From Escherichia phage vB_EcoM_G10400: 64,000 bases of DNA. Positions 40,370-50,206 of this stretch are shown one piece after another. Location: the sequence record MK327937.1. One strand, 5' to 3'. The stretch's first letter is position 1; every line of letters starts with the position of its first letter. The notes under the pieces were generated by a model. The model did not search any database, had not been told where the DNA came from, and worked only from the letters and a program-made list of their open reading frames with translations. The position numbers and the translations under genes were made by a program.

Positions 40370-40678
40370 TTAGTCTTCTATGATATCTTTATCATATCCA
40401 AGTGAAATGAGAGTTTCTTTGAAGTGTTTAATGTTCTTTTGTCTAGAATCATTAATGAAAATGACCGGATAACGAATGTTAAGAGATGTGAATCCAGCGC
40501 GTTTAGCAAGAGATACAATCAGCGGACGATCATACTCAATCTTACCATTATTTGTAAGAACTTTATAGAAAGTAAAAGGAGCATTGAGCTCCTTTAGAAG
40601 TTTTGTAACTGATTGACATCCAGGACAACGACCTACTTCATCTGGAATTCCATAGACTTCAATCTTATTTTGTTTCAC
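40370..40678 (-). CDS. nrdH: glutaredoxin-like protein NrdH
   Basis: 102 aa; CPGC redox motif; GTG start with AGGA RBS (no in-frame ATG). Confidence 0.7.
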   Translation of the reverse strand: MKQNKIEVYGIPDEVGRCPGCQSVTKLLKELNAPFTFYKVLTNNGKIEYDRPLIVSLAKRAGFTSLNIRYPVIFINDSRQKNIKHFKETLISLGYDKDIIED

Positions 40679-40680
40679 AA

Positions 40681-40893
40681 TTATTCCTTATTAAGAGCAG
40701 CATTCAGCTTGTTAGTAATTTTATCCAGACGCTCATTAAACTCACTAGAAGATAAGCCCTTTTCTGGAGAAATCAAACTAATCACGAAAAATATAGCAAT
40801 AAAAGGAATAAGGAAAATAGCTCCAACTGCCATAAACAGAAAGAATGTTACAGTTGTAAGAAAATCAGCTAAACCTTTACGAAATTTATACAT
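40681..40893 (-). CDS. hypothetical membrane protein
   Basis: 70 aa, one TM segment. Confidence 0.5.
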   Translation of the reverse strand: MYKFRKGLADFLTTVTFFLFMAVGAIFLIPFIAIFFVISLISPEKGLSSSEFNERLDKITNKLNAALNKE

Positions 40894-41008
40894 ATTTTAC
40901 CCTTAATTGATTAACCAAGCATTGATAAGCACTAAACTATACTGTGAATAAAATTCTGGACCAAAATGAAAAATCATATCATTTATAGTATCCATAATGT
41001 AATTCAAT

Positions 41009-41479
41009 TTAATCATGTTTCCACACCCCATCGGTATTTGACCAAAGTCGCTGATTATCTGATCCTCGCCACAGCTTTTTAGTCGGAAGATTTTTCTCAT
41101 ACTTCCCATCAATAATAACATCAACATATTTAAGCATTTCTAGTTGTTTAATATCTTCAAACTTATATCCTGTCCACAACCAAATGCTTTTATTGGGATA
41201 AAGATTTTTTACTGTTTGAACAATGCAATGAATAACATCTCGGTTATCAGGATAGAGAGGGTCACCTCCAGTTATAGTCAATCCTTCTATATAATCATTA
41301 TTCAAACATTCAATTAATTGTTCTAGTGTTTCACCAGTGAATGGAACGCCATTTCTAGCGTTCCATGTTGATTTATTATAACACCCTTCACATTTATGCA
41401 AACAACCTGTAACGAAAAGAACGACCCTGCATCCAGGGCCATTCACAAAATCGCAAGGATAAAATCTATCATAATTCAT
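41009..41479 (-). CDS. nrdG: anaerobic ribonucleotide reductase activating protein (radical SAM)
   Basis: 156 aa; CxxxCxxC cluster CLHKCEGCYN. Confidence 0.9.
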   Translation of the reverse strand: MNYDRFYPCDFVNGPGCRVVLFVTGCLHKCEGCYNKSTWNARNGVPFTGETLEQLIECLNNDYIEGLTITGGDPLYPDNRDVIHCIVQTVKNLYPNKSIWLWTGYKFEDIKQLEMLKYVDVIIDGKYEKNLPTKKLWRGSDNQRLWSNTDGVWKHD

Positions 41480-43293
41480 TGGTGTTTAACCCTATGCATG
41501 ATTTCTTTATTTTTGCCGAGATTAAATCCACGTTCGTTCGGATTTCCCAAATAACCACAAGTTCTTCTTATTGTGTTCATCTTTTTAGGATCAGTTTCTC
41601 CACAAATAGAACAAACAAACCCGTTTTCAGTAGGAGTCATTTCATGGGTACTTCCACACGTAAAACATTTATCTACTGGCATGTTAACACCAAAATAATC
41701 TAAATGTTGTGCAGCATAATCCCAGACAGCCTCAAGACCTTTTAGGTTATTTTTCATATCAGGAAGTTCAACATAAGAAATGTGACCACCTGTCGCAATG
41801 AAATGATATGGCGCTTCACGAGAAATTTTTTCAAACGGAGTAATATTTTCTTCTACTGAAACGTGGAAACTATTAGTGTACCAGCCTTTATCGGTAACAT
41901 CTTTTACACTTCCATATTTTTCTGTATCAAGTTTACAGAAGCGATAACAAAGGTTTTCAGCAGGAGTCGAATATAAACTAAAAGCAAATCCAGTTCTTTC
42001 AGTCCACTGTTTAAGATGAGCATTCATTTTAGTTAAAATTTCTTGTCCAATATCACGACCGACAAGAATATTCAATTCGTGAATACCAATGTATCCTAGG
42101 GACACTGAACTTCTACCATTTTTAAATAACTCAATTATATCGTCATCAGGTTTAAGACGAACCCCGAATGCACCTTCTTGGTAAAGAATAGGAGCAACAG
42201 TCGCTTTAACTCCTTTTAAGGAACTAATTCTACACATCAAGGCTTCAAAGCACAGATCCATTCGTTCATTAAATAGCTCAACAAATTTCTGTTCATTGAA
42301 CTGTGTTCCAATATAAGAATCTAATGCGATACGAGGAAGATTCAGTGTTACAACACCGAGATTATTACGTCCATCAAGAATTTCATTACCAGTCGAATCT
42401 TTCCATACGCTCAAGAAACTACGGCAGCCCATCGGAGAAACAGGAATAGATGAACCAGTGATAGCTTTATTGTTCTTAGCTGAAATAATATCAGGATACA
42501 TCCTTTTGCTTGCACACTCTAGAGCAAGCTGCTTAATATCATAGTTCGGATCGTCTTTATAAAGATTAACACCTTCTTCAACGAACATAACAAGCTTAGG
42601 GAAAATAGGAGTTATCCCATCACGACCGAGACCTTTAATACGATTTTTCAGAATTGCTTTCTGAATCATTCGTTCAGTCCAGTCAGTTCCCGTACCAAAT
42701 GTAATTGTTACAAAAGGTGTTTGCCCGTTTGAACTAAAGAGAGTATTTACTTCATATTCATAAGCTTGAAATGCATCGTATACATCTTTTTCTGTTTTAG
42801 ATTGAGCATAATTCAACGCATCAGCGATTTGCCATTTTTCTGCATCCTCAATATGTTTTGCATAGGTGCGTTTAACATAAGGAGAAAGTACTTTATCTAC
42901 ATTAGCAAAAGTCGTTCCGCCGTATTGGTGAGAAGCAACCTGTGCAGTAATTTGTGCCATAATTGCAGTAGCAACTCCAATTGATTTAGGAGTTTCAATC
43001 TGTGCATTACCAAGCTTAAATCCGTTCTCAAGCATTCCTTTTAAATCTACTAAACAGCAATTAGTAAAAGGCAATGATATACTGTAATCTAAATCATGAA
43101 AATGAATTAATCCAACATTATGGGCATTTACAATATGACTTGGAAGAATACGACAAGCGATATGTTTAGAAACAATACCGGCCATTAAATCTCTTTTTGT
43201 TGGAAAGACGCGAGAATCTTTGTTGGCGTTTTCCGTATTTAATTCTTTATCTTTATTTGAAATAAAATTTAAAACATCTTTTTCTAAAGACAT
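41476..43293 (-). CDS. nrdD: anaerobic ribonucleoside-triphosphate reductase (glycyl radical enzyme), uninterrupted
   Basis: 605 aa continuous ORF; C-terminal Zn ribbon CFTCGS...CSICG and glycyl radical motif RTCGYLG. Confidence 0.95.
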   Translation of the reverse strand: MSLEKDVLNFISNKDKELNTENANKDSRVFPTKRDLMAGIVSKHIACRILPSHIVNAHNVGLIHFHDLDYSISLPFTNCCLVDLKGMLENGFKLGNAQIETPKSIGVATAIMAQITAQVASHQYGGTTFANVDKVLSPYVKRTYAKHIEDAEKWQIADALNYAQSKTEKDVYDAFQAYEYEVNTLFSSNGQTPFVTITFGTGTDWTERMIQKAILKNRIKGLGRDGITPIFPKLVMFVEEGVNLYKDDPNYDIKQLALECASKRMYPDIISAKNNKAITGSSIPVSPMGCRSFLSVWKDSTGNEILDGRNNLGVVTLNLPRIALDSYIGTQFNEQKFVELFNERMDLCFEALMCRISSLKGVKATVAPILYQEGAFGVRLKPDDDIIELFKNGRSSVSLGYIGIHELNILVGRDIGQEILTKMNAHLKQWTERTGFAFSLYSTPAENLCYRFCKLDTEKYGSVKDVTDKGWYTNSFHVSVEENITPFEKISREAPYHFIATGGHISYVELPDMKNNLKGLEAVWDYAAQHLDYFGVNMPVDKCFTCGSTHEMTPTENGFVCSICGETDPKKMNTIRRTCGYLGNPNERGFNLGKNKEIMHRVKHQ

Positions 43294-44105
43294 AATTCTA
43301 ATTTATCCTTTTGAAATTCTTCGTCTAAATATGGGTTCCAACCCATTTTAAACCTTTTGATGAAATTATCAATTCTAAATTTCGGTAAGTTTAAATCCGC
43401 AAAAATAGATGATTTACTTTTAAAATCTGGACTTAAATAATCATATAAAATTTCTGCGTATTTTAACCATAATATACAAGTACCAGATTTAATTGCTCTT
43501 GGAGTTTTCCAAGGTTTTACACCATACATCGGATTTCCGCTTCCTTTATGCCTGATAGAAGATGAAATTCCAATTTTAATTTTAGCTTCCTTTGTATGCG
43601 AAAATCCACGATGTGGATTTTCTTTCCAGTATTTTTTAGAAGCTTCTGATATTTTCTTTCTAGCTAAATTAGTATGATGCTTTCCATAAAATCCATGATT
43701 TTTGCCTTTATTACGATTTCTTTTAATCATGGTTATTGATTGCTTTTCTCTAGTTTCTTTAGAAGGAGAAATACCATATGTCGTAAATCGGCCATCAGCA
43801 TATGCTAAATTAAAATACTCTTTATTCCATACATCTTTTTCTATATTCTTTTGAAATTCAGCTTCAATGCTAGTTATTTGTTCATCTCCGACTAATTGAA
43901 AATATAATATTTCAACTTTCGGCGTTTCTTTCAATAAGGCTTTTTGAAATTCGGAAGATGACGAAGACGAATAATAAAATTTACCATTTTTATCAATAAT
44001 ATTCGTTCCATCAAAAGTGCAATTGGTTTTACTTCCAATGTAATAATATGGTGGGGTTTTAGCATTAATTCTATTAATAAATGATAGTTTATATACTACA
44101 TTCAT
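43284..44105 (-). CDS. homing-endonuclease-like protein (GIY-YIG/Seg-like), paralog of 30916..31803
   Basis: 273 aa; N-terminal VYKLSF...YYIGSK...FDGTNIID; inserted between gene 49 and nrdD with overlaps. Confidence 0.55.
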   Translation of the reverse strand: MNVVYKLSFINRINAKTPPYYYIGSKTNCTFDGTNIIDKNGKFYYSSSSSSEFQKALLKETPKVEILYFQLVGDEQITSIEAEFQKNIEKDVWNKEYFNLAYADGRFTTYGISPSKETREKQSITMIKRNRNKGKNHGFYGKHHTNLARKKISEASKKYWKENPHRGFSHTKEAKIKIGISSSIRHKGSGNPMYGVKPWKTPRAIKSGTCILWLKYAEILYDYLSPDFKSKSSIFADLNLPKFRIDNFIKRFKMGWNPYLDEEFQKDKLELCL

Positions 44106-44575
44106 TTTAAACTCTTTCTAAGCTGCTTCTTGAATGAAGCTATTAATTGTGTTTTGGTGTCAGATTCATTATATTCAAATCCTCTTTGAAGCATCTCAGC
44201 CATCATTTCCTCTTTTCCTAAACGAGAAAATTCCTTTGATTTATCTCCAACAAAGTTAGGGTGAATATTATTTTGGGTGTAATCGGATTTTAAATAAGTA
44301 AGTAAATTTTCTAACCATTCAAGATAATCAACCCCTTGTCCCTTTAAGCCAGAACGATTAAATTTATGTTTCATTTGACCTTCTGCGGCATTACAGAGAT
44401 TACAAAGCAATCCACGTACCTTTCCTGCTTTTGGTCCATTTAATTCATGGTCATGGTCGAGGTGATTAGCTTGAACGTCAGGATTTAGTTCTCGTTGGCA
44501 AATTAAACATTTACCATTTTGTGCATCATAAAATTTCTGTTTTTCTTCTTTGTATAATTTGCCAGTCAATAACAT
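44102..44575 (-). CDS. 49: endonuclease VII (Holliday junction resolvase)
   Basis: 157 aa; near-identical to T4 gp49 as recalled. Confidence 0.92.
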   Translation of the reverse strand: MLLTGKLYKEEKQKFYDAQNGKCLICQRELNPDVQANHLDHDHELNGPKAGKVRGLLCNLCNAAEGQMKHKFNRSGLKGQGVDYLEWLENLLTYLKSDYTQNNIHPNFVGDKSKEFSRLGKEEMMAEMLQRGFEYNESDTKTQLIASFKKQLRKSLK

Positions 44576-44616
44576 AATAAACCCTTACCTTAAATAGATA
44601 AGGGTATTTATTATTT

Positions 44617-45102
44617 TCAAGTATTGTAAAACATTTGATTCAATCGCTTATATTGCCGAATCTTTTGGTCAGAAAAAGAAATTTGAGTTTCAAGCCATTC
44701 AATGTATTCTGCGGCAGCTTGCATCAGGTTACCTTCATAACCATCGTTATTTTCTTGCGCAGCTAATTTAGCTAATGCGTATGAAATACGTTCACCTTGA
44801 AAATCGGCTTTAGGCTTCTGAACAACTTGATTAGTTCGCTCTACAACTTCTTCAATTTCGCCATTTTCAACGGATTCAGTATTCCATAAGCACCAATACG
44901 TAATTGGCTTATCATAGATATTAATAATCTTTCCGTCGGAAAGTTCAATTTCAATAATTCCAGTATCAGGCTCTATATCATCTTCACATTCTTTTGCAAG
45001 TTCACGAACTTTAAAGACAGTACCTGCGCTAAGTTCCGGCCAGTAATTACACAGCCCTGTATCAGTACGATTAATTCTAAACCACTTATCTACTGTAATC
45101 AT
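44617..45102 (-). CDS. Pin-like protein (inhibitor of host Lon protease)
   Basis: 161 aa from ATG 45102 (track start TTG); size and position match T4 pin, sequence not verified. Confidence 0.45.
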   Translation of the reverse strand: MITVDKWFRINRTDTGLCNYWPELSAGTVFKVRELAKECEDDIEPDTGIIEIELSDGKIINIYDKPITYWCLWNTESVENGEIEEVVERTNQVVQKPKADFQGERISYALAKLAAQENNDGYEGNLMQAAAEYIEWLETQISFSDQKIRQYKRLNQMFYNT

Positions 45103-45241
45103 GTCCCATCTCCATATCAATTAAGTCATTTATCGTTGGTTCATTATATACTGTTTCTTCATCAGTGTAAACCGGTTCTTCCGGCTCTGGCTCTACAGTT
45201 TCCCATCTAGCCGCCCACCAAGGTTTTATAGCGTAATCCAT
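45086..45241 (-). CDS. possible small ORF
   Basis: 51 aa hand-translated ORF in 105-nt gap, weak RBS. Confidence 0.25.
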   Translation of the reverse strand: MDYAIKPWWAARWETVEPEPEEPVYTDEETVYNEPTINDLIDMEMGHDYSR

Positions 45242-45546
45242 TCTCGTACTGTCTGAGTTACTACACGTTCATGGGGCTCTACTAGTTCAACAGTCGGAAC
45301 TGCATAATACCAGTCAGAATGATAAGAACCTGACCGAGATTCATTTACGGAAACATGTACGTTATGTTTTGGACTAAAATAAACACACTGACGATATTGG
45401 CATTTACCATCTTGCACCCAGTCTTCTATTTCGACAGGTTTAAGATAATCGGAAAAATCGAAATCATAGTTTTCCGAAAATGCATCGTGGTCTTCAATGA
45501 TTTCGCTCAGAACTGCATCAACATCTAATTTATTTTCAGTATTCAT
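45226..45546 (-). CDS. hypothetical protein
   Basis: 106 aa ORF. Confidence 0.55.
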   Translation of the reverse strand: MNTENKLDVDAVLSEIIEDHDAFSENYDFDFSDYLKPVEIEDWVQDGKCQYRQCVYFSPKHNVHVSVNESRSGSYHSDWYYAVPTVELVEPHERVVTQTVREWITL

Positions 45547-45557
45547 TTTTTCACCAA

Positions 45558-45728
45558 TTAATTTCGCAATTTATTAAGTTCTTCATCATCAATCCAGGAT
45601 TCTAGTCCTGTTGGCAGGTCACATTCAATTTCCCAAAGAAGTTCTTCAATTTTATGAAGACGATCTAATTCTTCAACAGGAATAGTAACCATTGACGGAG
45701 CTCGTGATACATTAATATCGTAAATCAT
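45558..45728 (-). CDS. hypothetical protein
   Basis: 56 aa from ATG 45728 with GGGG RBS (track ORF 45558..45767). Confidence 0.45.
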   Translation of the reverse strand: MIYDINVSRAPSMVTIPVEELDRLHKIEELLWEIECDLPTGLESWIDDEELNKLRN

Positions 45729-45730
45729 AT

Positions 45731-45946
45731 TTACCCCAGTTTGACCATGCAATCGCCGTATTTCCACTTAGAAATAGACTTTTCACCATTAGAATAATAA
45801 ACTTCGAGTTTAGCACGATTATTTTTAATTTGAATAACCTTGGCTGTCATCAAAGTTCCATACCCATAATAAACTGCAACTTCATCACCTACATACACCG
45901 CGCTTCCACGGTAATCATGGATATAATCAGTTCCTTCGAGCATCAT
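45731..45946 (-). CDS. hypothetical protein
   Basis: 71 aa ORF, overlap with nrdC stop. Confidence 0.5.
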   Translation of the reverse strand: MMLEGTDYIHDYRGSAVYVGDEVAVYYGYGTLMTAKVIQIKNNRAKLEVYYSNGEKSISKWKYGDCMVKLG

Positions 45947-46206
45947 TTAAAATATTCTCGCAGTTGGTCAAATCCACCAATATGACTTCCATCAGGAGCA
46001 AATACCTGAGGCATTGTCAAGCCGATTTGAGTATCACGACCTAGTTTAGTCAGAAGCTCAGCGATTTTCTCATCATCAAAAACACCTTTTTCCGGCATAA
46101 TGTTGACAAATTCAAATGGCTGTTTCTTCACGGTCAAAAGACGTTTTGCATTATCACAATACACGCATTTGTGGATGTTGCTATCATAACCATATACTTT
46201 AAACAT
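45943..46206 (-). CDS. nrdC: thioredoxin/glutaredoxin NrdC
   Basis: 87 aa; CVYC motif; near-identical to T4 NrdC as recalled. Confidence 0.92.
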   Translation of the reverse strand: MFKVYGYDSNIHKCVYCDNAKRLLTVKKQPFEFVNIMPEKGVFDDEKIAELLTKLGRDTQIGLTMPQVFAPDGSHIGGFDQLREYFK

Positions 46207-46207
46207 A

Positions 46208-46450
46208 TTATTCCTTAATTCCTAGTACTTGTTTAAAAGTCTCGTCGTAATCAAGACTTTGACCCGTTTGTTCTTTATGTTTGTATATAATATCACTTAC
46301 TTCTGATAGCATATTTTTATATGAACGAGTTAAAGCAGATTTAAGCACGCTGTATCTATCAGGAAATTTACCATGTTCATTATAATAAGCTATTGCTAAT
46401 TCACGGACTGCCTTTTCAGCAGCCTCCATATATTCTTTACGCTTGGTCAT
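46208..46450 (-). CDS. hypothetical protein
   Basis: 80 aa ORF. Confidence 0.55.
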   Translation of the reverse strand: MTKRKEYMEAAEKAVRELAIAYYNEHGKFPDRYSVLKSALTRSYKNMLSEVSDIIYKHKEQTGQSLDYDETFKQVLGIKE

Positions 46451-46452
46451 TT

Positions 46453-46842
46453 TTAATCCAAAATATTATTAGGCATTGGTTGAACACTCACAAGTTCTTT
46501 AAAGAACTCAGTAGAGTCAGGCAATTTAACCATTTCCGGAGCATGCTTACTGAATTTATGTTTACATTGACGGCATTTATATTCAAGCTCTGGTTTACGC
46601 CAGTTAATCAATTGAACTTGTTCAGTACCGCATTCAGGGCAATTAGGAACGTTTTTAGAAGCTCTTTCACGTCGTTCAACCATAGCCATAATAGCATCCC
46701 ATGCTGGAGGTTTAAAATCTAAATCGTCGCAGCCGTGAATCTTTCCACGCATTTCCATATCATCTTCCTCACCAGCCATAATAATTTTAATTAAACTGGA
46801 ATTACTTGAAGCTGCAATGTCTTCTAATAAACGCTTTTTCAT
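46453..46842 (-). CDS. hypothetical zinc-ribbon protein
   Basis: 129 aa; CPECG...CRQC motif. Confidence 0.55.
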   Translation of the reverse strand: MKKRLLEDIAASSNSSLIKIIMAGEEDDMEMRGKIHGCDDLDFKPPAWDAIMAMVERRERASKNVPNCPECGTEQVQLINWRKPELEYKCRQCKHKFSKHAPEMVKLPDSTEFFKELVSVQPMPNNILD

Positions 46843-47765
46843 TTCAATACCTCAATAGCATTACGTAAACCATTTGCTTTTGCATTAAGAGCTTTTAACA
46901 ATTTGGTGTGTTCTGCAATTTGGGCTTCAACTTCAATCAAACGGGCATTGAGATATTCACGTTCTTCACTCAGATTATCAACCTTTTCTACTTTAGGCTC
47001 TTTTACAACTGTCTTATATGTATTAGGGTTCTTCAGTTTAATTAGAATGCGTGAACTGTATAACATTGAACCATTATCTTCGGTTTCATCATACATTTCT
47101 ACTACGTCCATGATTTTTAACATCATGCGGAGTTTATAAGACAATGAACGAATAGTTTTGTTGTGCTTATTAATTTCTCTAGAGTTCATGGTGCCGAGAT
47201 TACGTGAGTAATAATAAGGAACCTGGATATTAATTAACACTGATGAACCACCTGGCTTGTGTGTTACTTCATCAGCAATAACCCAATCCTTAACATGAAC
47301 TGTATTTGTACGGTCATCGCCTGCGGTAAATAGTTTGCAAGCATGCTTAAAAAGCATATTCACTTGGGTATTGAATTGACAAGCAAATTTATCAGCAAAT
47401 TTAGTTTCAGGAATGGTAGATAACCAATCAGCTAAATGGGTCTTTTTAACATCGTTAACAATAGTAAATTCAACCAAATCGGTTATAGATGTCGCAGTTT
47501 TAATGAATCTCGGCTTCATAAAGTTTTTAATGTTATCGCGAGCTACAGTAGAAGATAACATACGAGAACGTTTAAACCATTCAAGCAAATTGCCTAACGA
47601 ATGAGAATAAGCGTTTTGAGTATCTTTACAGATATGATTTTCCTGGCCAACATATTGAAGGAAATCACGAAGAATATTATTAATTACTGCTCTGTGTCCG
47701 ATCTGATAATTGTGGTGTTTAGTAATAAGACTGTCAAAATAATCAATATAATGTTTACGAGTCAT
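46839..47765 (-). CDS. hypothetical protein with C-terminal coiled coil (tandem family member 1)
   Basis: 308 aa from ATG 47765 with GAGGAG RBS; C-terminal heptad-like region [42 protein letters not shown]. Confidence 0.6.
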   Translation of the reverse strand: MTRKHYIDYFDSLITKHHNYQIGHRAVINNILRDFLQYVGQENHICKDTQNAYSHSLGNLLEWFKRSRMLSSTVARDNIKNFMKPRFIKTATSITDLVEFTIVNDVKKTHLADWLSTIPETKFADKFACQFNTQVNMLFKHACKLFTAGDDRTNTVHVKDWVIADEVTHKPGGSSVLINIQVPYYYSRNLGTMNSREINKHNKTIRSLSYKLRMMLKIMDVVEMYDETEDNGSMLYSSRILIKLKNPNTYKTVVKEPKVEKVDNLSEEREYLNARLIEVEAQIAEHTKLLKALNAKANGLRNAIEVLK

Positions 47766-47793
47766 ATTAATCTCCTCAGTAGAAAGTAAGAAC

Positions 47794-47823
47794 ATTATAC
47801 CACATCCTTGTGGCAAAGTAAAC
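47794..47823 (-). promoter_or_regulatory. early promoter
   Basis: minus strand gtttactttgccacaaggatgtggtataat, 1 mismatch from the promoter at 2418..2447. Confidence 0.6.
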
Positions 47824-48845
47824 TAGTTCAGTGCATTTAGTGCGTTGTTCAGTTTAGAACGTTGCTTTGTCAGATTTTGAACCCTTGACTGAGCTTGTTC
47901 TAACGCCTTTTCAGCTTCTAGCACTTCATTGGTCGCTTTAACGAGTTCATCATCTACTGCCTTAAGAGACTTCTCAATCGCGTCAGCGTGCCATTTTTCT
48001 ACAGGTTTAAAATTTGAATTTTCAGTAGGAAGAAAACTCACTTTATTAAGTTTACATGCATCTATATTGCTTGAGCTATACATCCAAAATTTAGGATCGT
48101 TTGATAAGTAATTGGATAAATTTAAGTTATCTTGCACTTCCTGCTTTTTCTCTTGCGGGACTTCGTCCTTTCTCAAAAAATCGTATTTAAATGAAACGAT
48201 CATATCAAGTTCATATGTTGTTGTATGTTCCCAATTTCGCTCAAAACGAGGTAAAATCTTAGATTGAACAGCAGCAACAACATCCATATACTTAAATGCT
48301 TCTGTCAACTGTGATTTAAGGCATTCACAAATTGAAAGAGAATTTTTAGTATTAGGCTTAAAGCTAATTCGTGCAGTTCTATTATTTTCTTTAGATGGTC
48401 TTACTTCCATTTGAAGAGTATAACCATCAAATTTCAGATTCTTTAAGTTAATATCAGAACCTTTTAATCGACTAGCCGTCGACAAAATTTGCTTTAATTG
48501 TCTACGGAACAGAGCAATAAATCTCCATTCAAGACGATAATGATTTGGATTGAAAAATCCAGATGATAAATCGACCTTACTTTGACCAACGCCTCGAACA
48601 AATAGAGGATTTTTATAATCAATAGTTTTACAGAAATCGGTGAGCTGCTCACGAGCAGTCATTTGTGTAATATACCCCGCTTCATTAAAATTACGCACCC
48701 ATTCACTGCTGTTTAGATGTTTAAAGGCGTGAATGGAACAATTAACTTTATCAGGGTCTAAATTATTTTCACACAAAAATGTCATAACATCACAAGTATA
48801 ACTGGCATTACGAACCATATCTTCAATTTGAGAACGAGTTTTCAT
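47823..48845 (-). CDS. hypothetical protein with C-terminal coiled coil (family member 2)
   Basis: 340 aa; shares KxMDVV motif with member 1; C-terminal coiled coil. Confidence 0.6.
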   Translation of the reverse strand: MKTRSQIEDMVRNASYTCDVMTFLCENNLDPDKVNCSIHAFKHLNSSEWVRNFNEAGYITQMTAREQLTDFCKTIDYKNPLFVRGVGQSKVDLSSGFFNPNHYRLEWRFIALFRRQLKQILSTASRLKGSDINLKNLKFDGYTLQMEVRPSKENNRTARISFKPNTKNSLSICECLKSQLTEAFKYMDVVAAVQSKILPRFERNWEHTTTYELDMIVSFKYDFLRKDEVPQEKKQEVQDNLNLSNYLSNDPKFWMYSSSNIDACKLNKVSFLPTENSNFKPVEKWHADAIEKSLKAVDDELVKATNEVLEAEKALEQAQSRVQNLTKQRSKLNNALNALN

Positions 48846-48853
48846 GGTGTTCC

Positions 48854-49741
48854 TTAAGATTTAAGTAAATCAACAATTTTAATTAATTTTTCACGCTCAG
48901 ATTTAGCTTTACTACTCAATCCAGATAGTCTGAAAATTTCATCATCATATTGCTGAATAGAAATATTTAGCTCTTCAATCTGCTTATTAAAATAAGCAAT
49001 TTGTTCAGAATGTTTTTCATTACTGCGAACTGGTACAGGTTTTGTAGGTAATTTAGATGAACTGGATTCATCCGGGCGATAAATTAAAATACAACTTGAA
49101 CCAATCGGACATTTAGCACCAGACACATATTCTAATGTTCCAGCTTCTTTTAAAACTTCAAAAGCTAAACAGAGATGATGACCCATATTGACATAATCTG
49201 TAGAGCGAGCTCTGATGTAATAATCATCTCCACGAATACTAAATTTAAAGCATTTAAGGTCTTCTGTATTATTGGTCTTAAAAATCATTTGTTTATCTAG
49301 ACCTTTAGCTAATCGAGCGCCTAATGCTAATAATCGTCGTTGATTTTCCCACAAATCCGCGATCATTTGGTCAAATGATAATTTCGGCATTAGTCGACCA
49401 TAAAGGTCGTATCCTTTATTATAATTGCGAAGGATTTCACTCGCGTTAATGCGAGACAACGCTCCAATTTTATTAAGGGCTTTCATGATGCGATTAGATA
49501 AAAGCATTCCAGACCCGTTTGTTCGTTGTAAATGTTTTTCTAATCCAAATCCAATATCAACTTTAAACTTATCTAAAATTTCGGCGTGAACATCTTTATC
49601 AATAACATTTAAATTTAGTACTGGGTTAAATTTATGAAAAAATTTATCTGACTCGTCGTGTTGAAGTACAGTCCATTCATTTGATTTTTTATTAACTAAA
49701 GATTTAATTACTGCATTGACATTATTAATTACTACTGACAT
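48854..49741 (-). CDS. hypothetical protein with C-terminal coiled coil (family member 3)
   Basis: 295 aa from ATG 49741 with GAGGA RBS (track start TTG). Confidence 0.6.
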   Translation of the reverse strand: MSVVINNVNAVIKSLVNKKSNEWTVLQHDESDKFFHKFNPVLNLNVIDKDVHAEILDKFKVDIGFGLEKHLQRTNGSGMLLSNRIMKALNKIGALSRINASEILRNYNKGYDLYGRLMPKLSFDQMIADLWENQRRLLALGARLAKGLDKQMIFKTNNTEDLKCFKFSIRGDDYYIRARSTDYVNMGHHLCLAFEVLKEAGTLEYVSGAKCPIGSSCILIYRPDESSSSKLPTKPVPVRSNEKHSEQIAYFNKQIEELNISIQQYDDEIFRLSGLSSKAKSEREKLIKIVDLLKS

Positions 49742-49748
49742 ATTTTCC

Positions 49749-50150
49749 TCACTCAATTTTACCAATTACGCGGAATAAGATTGAACAGACTATATAAGCA
49801 CCGCATATAGATTGAACTAATGCCATTCCAAAGAACCAAACAATATTATCAAACCATGTCTGTTTTACGTCGAAAGGACGTAAACTTACAGTAATATTAT
49901 CGCCTTTTTCTATTGAAGAATACATCTCCGGTGAAATATATTCACTAAATCTATAACCGTCATTTAGTTCATATACGGCAATAAACGATAAACTAGACCC
50001 CTTTCCTTGAGTTCCTGCAAGGGTATTAACTACAGTAACATCATAATCTTTATAATGCATATAATCATTAATAGCATAATAACCATATGCAATTACTATA
50101 CATAAACAACATATCAATAAATTCAATCTTTTAATTATCAACTGTTTCAT
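49749..50150 (-). CDS. hypothetical membrane protein
   Basis: 133 aa; N- and C-terminal TM segments; middle-type promoter upstream. Confidence 0.55.
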   Translation of the reverse strand: MKQLIIKRLNLLICCLCIVIAYGYYAINDYMHYKDYDVTVVNTLAGTQGKGSSLSFIAVYELNDGYRFSEYISPEMYSSIEKGDNITVSLRPFDVKQTWFDNIVWFFGMALVQSICGAYIVCSILFRVIGKIE

Positions 50151-50179
50151 AATAATCTCAATTAAAAGGGCTTAAAACC

Positions 50180-50206
50180 ATTATACCATCCTTGGTATAA
50201 AGCAGT
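50180..50206 (-). promoter_or_regulatory. middle (MotA-box) promoter candidate
   Basis: minus strand CTGCTTTA + 12 nt + TATAAT upstream of 49749..50150. Confidence 0.45.

Noticed and set aside
40903-41127. 74-aa minus-strand ORF overlapping the 3' end of nrdG by 119 nt
   Set aside because: Mostly an alternate frame of nrdG; at most a ~37-aa peptide could fit in the 115-nt gap and there is no clear RBS
41476-43293. Group I intron and intron-encoded endonuclease inside nrdD
   Set aside because: Looked for because T4 has one; the reading frame is continuous with no interrupting structured insert
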